The translations under genes were made by a program, and so were the position numbers. Below, one piece after another: positions 1 to 12,500 of a stretch of 64,000 nt of DNA. This stretch comes from Euglena gracilis (lineage: Eukaryota): NCBI GenBank assembly GCA_039621445.1, contig CP154954.1, positions 48,091,847 through 48,155,846 of the forward strand, in the 5' to 3' direction. Position 1 is the first letter of the stretch; each line of letters begins with the position of its first letter. A model generated the notes under the pieces. That model had not been told where the DNA came from. It made no database searches and saw nothing but the letters and a program-made list of their open reading frames with translations.

Positions 1-3000
1 GTTTCACCTGGGCGGCCGAAGTCCCCGGTGGATCCAACCACTGGGACCCCCCCGGGTGGGGGGGTGCCGGTGAGTTAGTCTTGCCATATGTATGTGTATA
101 TATAGATATAGATATATGTAGATATATATAGATATATATAGATTTGTTATTATCCATTTGCTTATATATATATTATCCATTTGCCCCTCCCAGTAGAATG
201 AGCACGCACAGCACGCCTCATGTATGGGTCATGGGTTGAGGTTCTGCGGGCAGGCTGGTGGGGAGGCGACCAGGAGTAGGGGTCGGGAGCAGGGCTGCAT
301 GAGGAAGCCTGTTAGAGGGGGGGCGACCCCTACCTACCCCCCCCCACTCACCAAAACCCATGAGGTTTCTGGGGTTCTCATTCAGCCCTGGTCATGCGCC
401 ATCCCGGCATCCCTCCGCGACGACGGAGGGGGGGCGGGGGGCGGCCCGGTGGGCCTCCTCAGGGGGGAGAGGGGGCCCCGGCGCGGGGGGGAGGGGTCTG
501 GGTAGCGGTCGTACTGGCCCCCGGTGGTGGGGACGGGGTATGCCTCTCCGGCAGGCTTTGCTTGACCCCCCCCTTGGGGGGACACCCATCCACCACTTGG
601 GGTGGCGTGCCTAACACGGTGGGCGCTTTGGACCCCCCCCCCCGGCCTGCCAGGGCCACCGGCGGCCGCCCGAAAACAAAGCCTTGTTGGGATCCTCGGC
701 CCATTGGCTGCGGTGGTCGGCGTGGCGGTGCGGAGGGTCCGCCTCCTGTCGCTGCCGTGGCCGCTGCGGGCAGCACTCCCCGTGTGATGGCCGGAACGGA
801 GGGTTGCCGGTGTGGTGCCAAAGGGTCCCTTGCAACGCGCATTGTGTGAGGCCTGTGCAGCCCAGACCCAACTCCAAAGACATGATTCTTGTGTGCTGTT
901 CGCTGCTATCATTCCCTGGGGGTCCCCACTGGTTTTTGGCAGAAATATCGCCCGTTTTCAATTTCCATGTCTGGGCATTTTGTATTTTCAGTGTTCAGCT
1001 CTATCCTCCTCAGTCCACATGTATATCGGCACCCTGGAGGGGGGAGAAAAAAAAACAGGAAGGTGTGGAGGGCTTTGCTAAGATTGGAAATTCAAACCTT
1101 CACCAACATCCTACCCCTTGAGTGTATTCCCCCTAAATAATAATGATTTGAGCACCGAAGTCAGAGCCCAGGGGGGGGGGGTGGGGGGGTGTTGGGCTAG
1201 ATTATCAACCACAAAAAATGACTGCAAAATTTCTTTCGCCAATTTCTCCAGGCCAATATTTTTTGTAACTTTTTGTGCAATGACCACAATTTTTGAAATT
1301 CATACAGGCTCAATTCATCAATTTTTCTATGCACCTTTTTTGGATGTACCCGGTGATTTTTCTGCCATTTTTGTTTGTCTTCACCAGTGTGCAGCAGAGG
1401 GATCATTCTTTGGGAGATATCCGCTATGTGGGCAGTGACGAAGAGAAATGTCAGAAACAAGCACACGCAGTCCCACTTTCTCACCAAGGGGGAGGGCAAC
1501 AACGGACCCCGAAATAAATAATATCTCCCCCTAATTAATGATAAGCACACAAATCTACTCACTAACTAACGCTCATTCGGTGGTCTCAAGAACACAGCAG
1601 GGTGGAGTGCTGGCCTTGGCGCACGTTCCCGGGGTGGAGGGTCATCCCACTCAGCGGGCTCCTCCGCAAAGGACACCGGGCCATCCCACTTTCCACGGGA
1701 AGCCGCCGGCTGCTCGTGACGATGGCTGGGCCTCCGGTGCTTCGCGGCAGCGTCGGGTTGCACGTCGTCGGTCAACAGACTTCTGCCGCTGGAGATGCCC
1801 AAACGTCAAAAAAAGAAAACGCCGCAAAACCCATCAGGATGGCCAAAATGACAGTTGTGCCTATTGTGTCAGGCTTTGACCAAATCTGCTTGTTTTGTTA
1901 TGGTGCCAGCACATACATGGTCCAAGCTAGGCCCCGCCCTAAAAAACATGGTTCGAATTGTTTTCATGTTCCACCTGCCCCAAAACACAACCCCTTCCAT
2001 GTCAAAGCTCTGTACCACTATTCATGCAAATAGGAAACACCGTGCCAAAAAACTGCACCCCTCGCACCAGAGGTTTTTCAGGATCTGGGGGGTACGGACC
2101 CATCCACCCCACCCCTTAGAGGGGGACTCTCAGGGGGAGCACCCACTTTGGGGGGGGGGGGCAATTTGGAGTTCAAAAAAAATTAGGGCTGTGCAACGAA
2201 AATAGAGGGAAACCCCTCCATGCACCCACTCTGCCATCCCCCACATTGGGACCTTGGGGGGGATTCCAGCAAAATTGCCTTTTTTGTGATATTTTCAAAA
2301 AATCGGTGTTGCGGAACCGTTTGAACCTTGATTTGGTGGGAGGACATTGTGGATATCTCAAACCAAGCACCTTTGGAACACATTTCATGCTTTTGGCAGA
2401 AAGAAGAAAATTTTTTCCAATTGGTGACCTGGGGGGGGGGTGCTAAAAAGAAGTCTGTTTTCAAAAGGTATCCTTGGCCTCCGTTTCAAATGCTGAAGTC
2501 TGTCCCCAATCTTCCTCGGGGGGCGGAGGAGGAGGCGGAGGCTTCCGCCCTCTTGGTGCATCAGATCCGTGCATCCACTTGACATCTCCCAAACAATTCT
2601 TCGCTTGGCATCCACCTTCACACCCACATCGTCATCCCTTGCCATCAAAAATAGGAAACCCATGAAATTAGGTGGATATTTCAGGTCCAAGCAGGCACTT
2701 TGATCCCCCGAAGGGTCAGGTTTGGGGTGGGCAGTGGGTAGGCCCGAAAACGACTTTACCTGGGTCAACCCCAGTCTGGACCAGCGGTGCCTGCTATGGT
2801 CAGGCACCCCTGCATACAAGGTACACCCCTGGGATTATTAAAAAAAAATACCCCCCCCCTGCCTGCACACACCGGTGACCTTCCTTAAAAGAAGCCTGGA
2901 TCCAAAACTCTGCATTAAGAGGGAACACAAGAGAACGCAAAAGCTCTTCATGTGGTCTTTTCCCCAAACAAGAAGAAATCGAGGAAAAAAAGGAATTCCT

Positions 3001-4361
3001 CCTAAAACACTATTTTGAGGGGAAAACACGCAAAACAATGTTCGAAAACTTTTCCGCCGCCACCGCTCTGATCCGGCCTCCTTTGGCCAATCTGCGGGGG
3101 GGGTGCAAGTTTCCCCCACACGGCAAGGAGATGCCCGGGCGGGGTGGGACCGCTCCTTTCCGTCGCCCTGCCTCTCCCTTCCCCGCTGGGCTGCGGCCTT
3201 GGTGGGGGGCCGCCCCGGCGGGGGCCCCACAGGGGGCGGCGGGGGCTCCCAGCCGGGCGGCGGGTGGGCCGGCGCCTCGCGGCGGGTCGCGGTGGACAGC
3301 TTCCGGGGCACCGGGTCCTTGTGGGGCCCCGGGGCGGCTTTCCGCTGGGCCGCCTCCCGCTCCTGGGAGTCCGCCCTGGGGCAGGCAGGGTGCCAAAGAG
3401 GGGGAGAGGGGAGGTATGTCAGCTGCCCTCTCCCCTAACAAACAACTTTCCAATTTCCAACTTGCACAACAAACAAGCGCCAGAAAAATAGATTTGGGTG
3501 TGAAAATCAAAGTTTTCGATATGACTTCCTTCCATAATATTTGACCCCCACCCAATTTCAAGTCCAAGGAAAAAGCCTCACTTCGACCACAATCCTAAAT
3601 CCAGGGAACACCCTCACCAGGCTGAATTTGACCAAGTGCCCTGGAATGCCTGGGCAGGCAGGCACCATCCCCCCCTGCTGGTCATGTGCCAAAAAGTGCC
3701 CCAAAAATGGGCGTTTCTGGGCTTCCGGCGTCTTTGGCGCCAGAAGTGCCTTGCCCGAGTGCCCAGGCACTTTTGGCAACATGCCCTACCCCCCCCCCCC
3801 GCCCGGCCTTGGAGTGCCTGCCCAAGCCCCCCCCCCCCCCCCCCCCCGGCAGGGGGTCGGCGCCGCCTTTCTTCCCTCTGCACCTTTCAACACCTCCTTG
3901 AGCCAAGGCGAATGAAATCCTCAAATGCCATACCAGGCCAGTCATCAAAAGCAGCCATCATCGGTGTATGATATTTGCGAGTGACTCATTTTTGAGCAGT
4001 TTGCTCACCACACTTCGGGGGAAAGAGTTTTCTGGCCGCAATGTGGTCTGAAAAAGATTTGGCACAGGATGAAAAATTCATTTTACCCAAAAAAATTCAC
4101 AATCCAAATACTCCCAAAATATTGTTCCCATGATATTTTCACCCAGAATCATTTGCAGTAATTGTTTCCTTGGACTGCAGATGAAAATGGGTCCCAACAA
4201 AAAAACAGTGTACCGCAGAACCAGTGATGGTTCATGACAGCAAAACCACAATAGATGCCTGTCTTACTCCAATGCATCGCAGAAGGTATTTGCCAGCACC
4301 ATGAACCTATGCCAACTTAACAAAATCTCAAAAACAAGCAGTTATCCAGAAAAAAGCACAC

Positions 4362-6465
4362 CTGCGAGCCTTCTTCGGGCTGCGGCTCACCTGGCTGGGG
4401 CTGCTGGACCGCTTCTCCCTGGCCCCCTCGGCCTTGGGGGCCAGGGACTGTTTTAAGACCGGGGGGGAGGTCCCCCATACCAACCCAGAAGGTACCCCTA
4501 CCCCCCCCCTGGGGGGGAGGGGTCCGGGGACTCACTTTTGGGGGGCCAATTCTGGGGTCAAAAAAAATTCGCTTCGCGCCAAAAAAGGCCAAAAAGTGGC
4601 CAAAACCCACCAAGCCCTTTGGAGGAACTCCCCTGGGGGGTGGTGGGGAAGGGGAGGTAGGTTCGTAGGAGGTAGGGTCGCGCCGCCCAACCATTTTGCT
4701 GCTTTGGTTGGACCGCAGCCGGCCGCGGCCCAACCCAAAAAAATCTTGGTTGGGCTGCGGGCCAACCATTTCCGATGCTGAAATCATGAAATTCAGTTTG
4801 GTTGGACCGCGGCCACCCAACCACAACAGACCCAGCGAACTGCATCGCACAATGGCGGTTAAATTGGCTCCTACAGGGTACTCAGCGAACCCAGAAGGCC
4901 GCCCAACTAGGGTTAATACACATGAGGGGACCCTCGCTCGGCGCCTTCCGCACCGCTCAGGTCCCCCCATGTTTTTAACCCTAATTGGGTGGCCCTTTGG
5001 GTTCGCTGAGTACCCTGTAGAGGCCAATATACCGAAGTTGAGTGGGAAGGTTTGAACTGTTTGCATGAGAATCTTAACCCTAACCCTATTCCTTCAAATA
5101 ACGTCATAAAATCTTTTTGTTTTGTGATAACCTTTTGCAATTTGATTGGGGCCCAACCAAACCAGAATTCTGACAGCAAAGTATGGCCGTGGTTGGGTCG
5201 CGGTCGGCCGCGGCCCAACCAAACCCCTGTTTTGGTTGGTTGACGGCCGGCCGCGGCACCTACCTCCCACGAACCTACCTCCCGTGACATCCCACCCCCC
5301 CCCCTGGGGGGAGGAGGGGTCCAATGGACCCCTCCTCCCAAACTTTTTTAAAAAAAATCCCTGCTTGGGGCCCTTGCGGTGGCTGTTGCTGCGGCTGGCG
5401 CTGTGGCTGCCTCTGTGGCAGCAATGGGGCCTGGACTGCCTGCAAAATGCTGTTTGCTGATATTTAAAGCTGTGCACCCACACAATTGTGGCTTGAAAAA
5501 AGGGGGGGAAGGGCAGAAAAGTGGAGACGGTATTTCCTTATTTCATCATTTCGCACCATTTTGTGGATGGTGCGCGGGGGGGGGGGGGTGCAAGCAGGCC
5601 TAATAATTTCTTAAGGCGCCTTAAAAGCCTTAAAAACCTTGAAAACCTTGCATTTTTTTTGAAAAAAAGAAGTCACAAAATCAAGAACAAGCCAACTCCG
5701 GGAAAAAAGATGGTTTTGGCATCCCTTGAACATTGTGCATCCACCCAATAAATGTGTTTTTGGACTTTTCATTTTCAACCTGGACCAACGTTGGTTCGAT
5801 GCCTGGATAGCTCTTTGATGTCCCATGGAAAATAGACGCCTTAAAATTTTTAAAAAATTCAAAATGCCTTTAAAAAAAACCCTGAAAACCCTTTAAAAAA
5901 AATGAAAAATTGCCTCAAAATTGCCCCAAAATCATAATGCCTGTGTGCAAGGAACAACGACAGATTGAACCCCCCTCCCAAATATAGAACCCTCCGGGGT
6001 CCTTGATTTAGCGACCAAATATTTGAACATCACTCTCTGAAATGGGGCTTTTGAAACGGGGAATAAAAAAGCACCAAAAAATTTGAGGTTCGGAATTTCA
6101 GAGACAATTTTTTTTGAATAAGTGCGGCCTGATAAATTTCGTCCACCAATTCCAACCAAAGCAAACAAAAATACTCTCCAAAAATGGTCTAAATTATTGC
6201 ACATGGTGAGGGGAAAATGGTAACCTTCGGATCGACAAAATTCTTGACCAAATTTGGAACACCCCTCCGAGGGTTAGAACTGGTTCTATATTTCGGGGGA
6301 GTACACACCGGCTGCGCGTGGAGTGGCTGCCTTTGCTGCGGCTGCGGCTCTTGCTTCGGCTCTTGCTTCTACTGCGGCTCTTGCTGCGGCTTCGACTTTG
6401 AGTACGCTGTGCTGCAGGTGAACTGGCCTTGTCTCCAAGCCTTCGGAAAGCCTGAGACCTGAAAC

Positions 6466-6520
<55 letters not shown>

Positions 6521-9500
6521 CCATGTTCCTTGAGTAATTACAACCAACCTGCTTTTGTGACTCTGGCTTACCCCAAGCAGGGGTTTTCTCAAGGTTCCCG
6601 GGGGGGGGGGGTTCCGCAGGCCGGCTGGAAAAAGGTGCTGGCTGGACTCCCTTAGTTGCACTCAGGCTTCTTTTCTGTACATGGCCGGCGCTAACTTCGC
6701 TTCTGGCCCAGTTGTCAGGTGAGTGGTGAGTGGGGGGTGGGTTCGGCCGGCTGGGAGCTGGACCCGGTGGGTACCCAAAAACACCCGAAAAAGCCGAAAT
6801 ACAGTTGGGTTGGCATTTTTCAGCCAAATTCAGGTGAAACCCCAAAAAGCACCCAAAAAATGCCATTTTTGGCCATTTTTTGACCCCTTTCTTCAAAAAT
6901 TTTCTGCCAGGCTGGCTTTGCTGGGCTGGCCCAAACTTTGTTTCAGCGGACCCCTGGGGGGGGGTCCACAGCCTGGCTGGGAGGTGCTGGCTTGAAAAAA
7001 AGGTGATGGCTGACTGGACCCCCCCAGGAAGCAAGGCCCCCTACGGCTTAAGAAAACCCCTACCCCAGAGGCAGGTTCAACCTTAGAGCTTTTCCAACAA
7101 GTTTTTTTTTTGAGAATTTTCAAAGTTCCCAAAATTACAAACGCCACACAAAACCACAAGGAAGCAAAAGATGACGCAACCGTTTTCCCAATTATGCTCT
7201 CAGAATGTATGGGGGTTGGGCCTGAGACCAGGGCATTGCTTAATGAGGGGAGGGGGGGGGTCCAGGTCAGAAGCTGGAAAATTTGGGCTGGCTGGAATAA
7301 GGCTGCTGGCTAATCCCACCATGGGGGTCCCCCGGGCTGGAACTGGGCCAGACTGGGAGTCGAACCAGGGATCAAAACATTGAAACTCCAAAAAAGCCCA
7401 AAAAAACTGCCAGGGGTGTAAAAAAACACGGGTTTTTTGACCCAAAATTTGCCCTGGCCAGCCCAAATCCGACCCATTTTTGCAATTTCTGGCCATTTTT
7501 GCATATGTGAAAGCCAAAGATCCGTTTCTGTCAAGCCCAGGGGGGCACCTTGTGCAATGTGGTGCCTGCCCAAAGCCCCCTTAGGCTGCACTGAGGCTTC
7601 TTGCCTGTTTATTGCCGCCACTAACTTCGCTTCTGGCAAAGCAGGCACCCCCCCCGGGGGAGGGGGTCAGTTTTAGGCCCCAGTGAGGGCTTGATTTTTG
7701 GCGGTTGTAAACATCTTTTTTTTTCAGAGTTTGCAAATCGCCTTTTGTGAATCAAAAAAAAAAGCCATCAGCCCATTCTTTTCAGCGGCACTTCAAAAAT
7801 GCGCTGCCAGACAAGATGGAGCTTGACAAAATGCATTTCAGCCAACTTTAATAGGTGGAAAATGTATCGACCCTGAAGGATTATTGTGAAAATAATTCAA
7901 AACAGGAAAATGCTGATGAGGATGATGAATATTTTGTGAAAATGGTGCCAAAAAATTCTCTGACACTCAATACCAAAGACACAAATTGGTTTGAGATGTA
8001 CCAAAATTCAACTTCAAAATTCTTTGATTAAATTTTCAAGAAAAAGTGGGATGATTGAAAAACAATTTCCTCACCTAACAGAATACCAATCAAGCGAAAC
8101 AGAAAATTGTTTTTCCTGTCCTTCTGAAACCCATTATGGTTGGGTATTCTTTTGCTGTTTTAGGAATTTATAAAGACAGACCTATGCAGGATTATGCAGG
8201 ATCCCCCTGCAGGGAATCTTTAAACTCAGCACACCCTTTCCGCAGCAGCCTCCGACCATAGCCTGCAGGCCCAACGTTAATATCGTGCCAGTTGACGTTT
8301 GCATTCTCCGGCTCCGGAGTTGGGGCGCGCGTGCTGTCGCTGTGTCGGCTGCTGGAGCTGCTGCTGGAGCTACTGGAGCTGGGCCCAGCCCCTCCCATTC
8401 ATCACCATGCCATGCCAAAGCCAGCCAACCGAGGCACTCAGCTTTTCAGTTGCGGCGTAAAGACTGCCGCAAGCCTTTCCGCCTGACGCGGCAGATTTCG
8501 GTTGCAAACGGCCAAAAGAGGGACTGCACAGAGGCACTGCGCCCGCGTTGGGCAGGCTGAGGCTCCGCGGGAGGCATGCTGCGGGGAACCTCCACGCTGG
8601 GGGCGGCCACCGCTGGTATCTGTGACGGGGTGGTATAGCTGAGGATGGATGGGTTGGCATACATCACACAAGGGAGTGGCGGCCGGCTTGTTGAACTCGT
8701 CCCCAAACAGCTTGACTTCAGATCCTGGCCCACAGGGATGGTCAGCTGCCATTTTCTTTTGTAACTGTCCCCTTTTAAAAAAACAGCAACAACTAGCTGT
8801 GAAAGGGTACCACACGGGCATCAACTTCTCGTCCTACTTCAAACGACCTAAAAATGCTTTCTATTGGGGAATGGATGTGGTCGCCATTTGGGAAAGGGAT
8901 GTGCGTGGGATGTTTGGGACGTCATCACAGGAGTGGGGCTCCAACAGCTCAGCGGGAAGGGGGCCCCTGCACACCAGCGGGGAGGAGTACTGGCAGGCGA
9001 AGCGGGGGAGGCAGCGCCACTGCCCATCGGCACCTTGCTGCAGGAAGGGGCCGCAGCGGAAGCGAAAGTGCAAGGCACACTGGGACCACCGCAGGGCGGC
9101 GCCGGACGCCAAGGAATGGAGGGAAGCCGGCACATCGCCGGGAACCGTCGCACAGACCCTTCCGCACGATGGCTGCAAACGCATTGCCTCGGGCCAAAAC
9201 AAAAACAAGGAGGCAAAAAACCAGAAACACGCAGCAATGCTGTACGTTAATACTAATGCCGATGCCAATGCTGCGACCCGATCAATTAAATTGAATCAAA
9301 TTAAATAGATCAAATTAAAACAAAAATGTGGACAGCAAAATGTTATTTGAGAGGACCAAATCGCTGCGGCTGGATCAACCCCTCGCGGGCCGTCACACAG
9401 CCAGCGGGCCCGCCCTGCGCTGCTCGGTGGGTCGGGGCCTCCGCGGCAGGCACGCCCTGGGCGGTCCTCGCCGAGGACTCCTCCTGCTGGAGCTGCTCGA

Positions 9501-12500
9501 GCTGCTGAAGCCGCTGGAGGTCCTCCGCCCCCTTCGCCAGCTCCTCCAGTGACTTCTCCTCCGCGCCGACATGGAACGGGGGCAAACGACAGCGCGCAGG
9601 GGCGAGCGGAACGCTCGGGGGCCAACGTTCGGTCTGGCTGGACCGCTGGCTGGGGAGACCGAACGGTTGACCACCAGCATTTTGTCACGGGTTCCATGCA
9701 ATTTTTACCGCCCTAGGGTAAGTTCCAAAATTCAAAACACCAGTCAATCACTACCAACTACCTGGTGGGGGGAGGGGTGGCCACTCTGAATCCAAAAGGG
9801 GAATTGACAACAAACGTAAAAAAAAACAAAAAAAAAAAAAAAAAAAAAGGGGGAGGAGGGTCGGCCAACAACCACTCAATCACTCAGTCAGAAAAGGGGG
9901 GGGGTGAGGAAAATAGAGAACCAGTTTTCGAAAAAAAAAAGAAAAGGGAATAGTAGAAAATGAATAGAGAAAAATGGAGGGTCAGTTTCAAGTGTGGGGG
10001 GGGTGGGGGGGGGTTGGGGGGGGGGTGGGGTGGTGGGGTGTAAAATGTCTAGTGGGGGGGGAATGAGGGGGATGAGAAAGGGGATGATCATGCATTCACA
10101 AGAGAAGTAAGTGGATTTGGGGGGTGGGGAAGGTTGGGCATGTAGGGGGAAATTTCGGGGTGGGGGGTGTAGAAAGAAATTGGGGGAAGGGGGGGTTGAA
10201 CCTAAGGGGGGGAAAGAAGGGATGGGATGCTGAAAGAGCAACGTGCGAAGGGGGCAAGATAGGGGAAACGAAGATAAACATATAAACAAGGACATTGGGG
10301 GGTAGAAAAAGAGAAAGTAAGGAAAGAGAGCAGGTGAAAAAGGGGAATGAGAGGGGGATTGAGGAAACGGGATGAGCCAAAGGTTTAACTTCCAGGATGG
10401 AATGTGTGAAAACAAAAAAAGAGGGGAGAATGTGGAGAAAAAACGAGGAAGGAAAAAGCAGGAGAAAGATAGGTAAAAAATCAAACAGGCAATCAGGGGG
10501 GGGGGGGATGCAGGGGGGGGGGGGGAGGGAAGAGTTAAATTGGGAGGGGGCTAGCAGAGAGGGGGGGAGGGCAAAGTGGAAAATTTTAGTGCCCGGCGCG
10601 AAGCACCAGAAACTTTTTTTGGAAGGAACAAAAAAGCCAAAAACCTATTAAAAAATTCGGCGCGCGGGGGAGGAAAAAAAAAGGGAAAAAAAAGGAAGGG
10701 GAGGGGGGTCGAGCTAGAGGGGGAAGTGAAAGGACAAAAAGAGAGGGTGAAAAAGGAAATCCCACAAAAAAAAAAACATTGCAAATAGGGGAAAGCAACC
10801 AAATTCGACTGATAGATCAGGGGAAAAAAGGGGAAAAGAGGAAAAGACAGGGGGAAAGGATGAAGGAAAATCGGGAAGAAAAAGGGGGGAAGAAAAAACT
10901 TTGGGAGAGAGGAAAATGCATCAGAAAAAGAGAAGAGGCTGGAATGAAAAAAAGGAAAAAAAAGGGGAAACAAGAGGGGGGGAAAAGAGGGGACAGGGGG
11001 TGGCCAGTGGGAGGAAAGGGGGGGGTGGGGGATTAAAAATCCTTACCAAAAAATTTGATCAAGTGCAATGTAAAAAAGTTGTGAAAAAGAAAAAAAGAAA
11101 AAAGGGCTCAGGGAAAAAAAAAAAAAATAGTGAAGAAGGGGCAAATCGATCACAAAGAAGATCAAACAATGATGAAATGAAGTCTGGATGGCAAAGTTGG
11201 AAGAAAGTGCGCTCGGCTTGAGCTCAGAGCAAAAGCAAGCAAAATATCAGCACATAATGTTGAAATATTGACATCAAAATGCGCTCACGATGCCCAATTT
11301 CAATAAAGTGGGAGGGGGGGGAAAGGGGAAAAGGGAAGAAAGAGGAAAAACAGCAGCAGAGAAGGGGGGGGCGGGTGGAAAAAAGGGTCGGAGGAAGAGA
11401 GGGGCTGGGCGCGGGGGGAAGAACTTGGGCGAGCAAATGGGATGAGATGGTGGCGGCAAGCAAAGGTAGGTTGGGGGCGAAGGCGATGAGCTGGTGGGGT
11501 GGTAGGTGGGAGGGGCTTGGCTGCGACGGTGCGGGCAGGGGGGGGGTGGGGGCGGATGGGGAGGCGCTGCAGCTTTAATGCTCATGGGGGGTAAAAAGCC
11601 CGCGTAGGAGTATGGGGAGAGGGGTGGGGGGATATGTAGGGGAGACTGTAAAAGGGGAAATTGGGGGTAAGGGGCCAAGAACGGGGAAAGCTGGGGTACG
11701 GTGGGATGTAAAGAGGGAGGAAGTGGGGAGAGGGTGAGGGAGGAGTCCAGCTAGAGGTGGAAGCGGCCCGGAGTGAGGGGAGAGCAAACAAGTACGGGAA
11801 TTGACCACAAACGTAAAAAAACAAAAAAACAAATGGCAAAAAAGGGTTTTTTGTCGCCTTCAGCACTGGGTATTTACTTTCATTTTTTTTGCAGACCACC
11901 CCCAAGGGGGGAGGAGGTCTGGGCCAACAACCACTCAATCATTCTGAAAGAAACAGTCACAAACCCTGGGGGTCTGCCAGTGACTACCCCCCCTGAATAG
12001 ACGCCCCCCCCCCCCGAATAGTCCCCCTCCCTCAGCTTTCAACCAACATTCAGAATAATGCCCCCCCCCCCCCGAATAGTAGACCGCTCCCCGTGGGTTG
12101 TCTGTGAATTGAGACGGCAAATGCTTTGGCTTTGGCTTCTTCAGCATTTGGTAAAATGAGCATATATTGCAAAAACTGGAGCCTACACGGGTCAAGTGTG
12201 GGGGGGTGTGGGGGGGGGTGGGGGGGGGTGGGGGTGTGCGGGGTGGGGGTAAATGTCTAGTGCAGGGCTCCAGTTTTTGCAATACCTCTAAATGAGGGTT
12301 GGATGATTTTACGTTTAATGATCATGCATTCACAAGAGTAACATTTGCAGCAGATTTGACATGGTTTAGAAGGTAGGGCATGTAGACCCACGAAGAAATT
12401 TCTTCGATAATTCTCGAACCCACTGGTTTTCGACCACTTTTCTGAATAGTGCCCCCCCCCCCCCCGAATAGAAGCCCCCCCTCGGTTTTCAACCAACGTT

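Noticed and set aside
1-4300. Further exons at ~0.7, 1.75, 2.55 and 3.2 kb
   Set aside because: GC-rich and exon-like, but frame and junctions could not be fixed, so they are not annotated.
9888-11938. F/P-rich and K/G-rich ORFs
   Set aside because: They derive from low-complexity, probably artefactual sequence.
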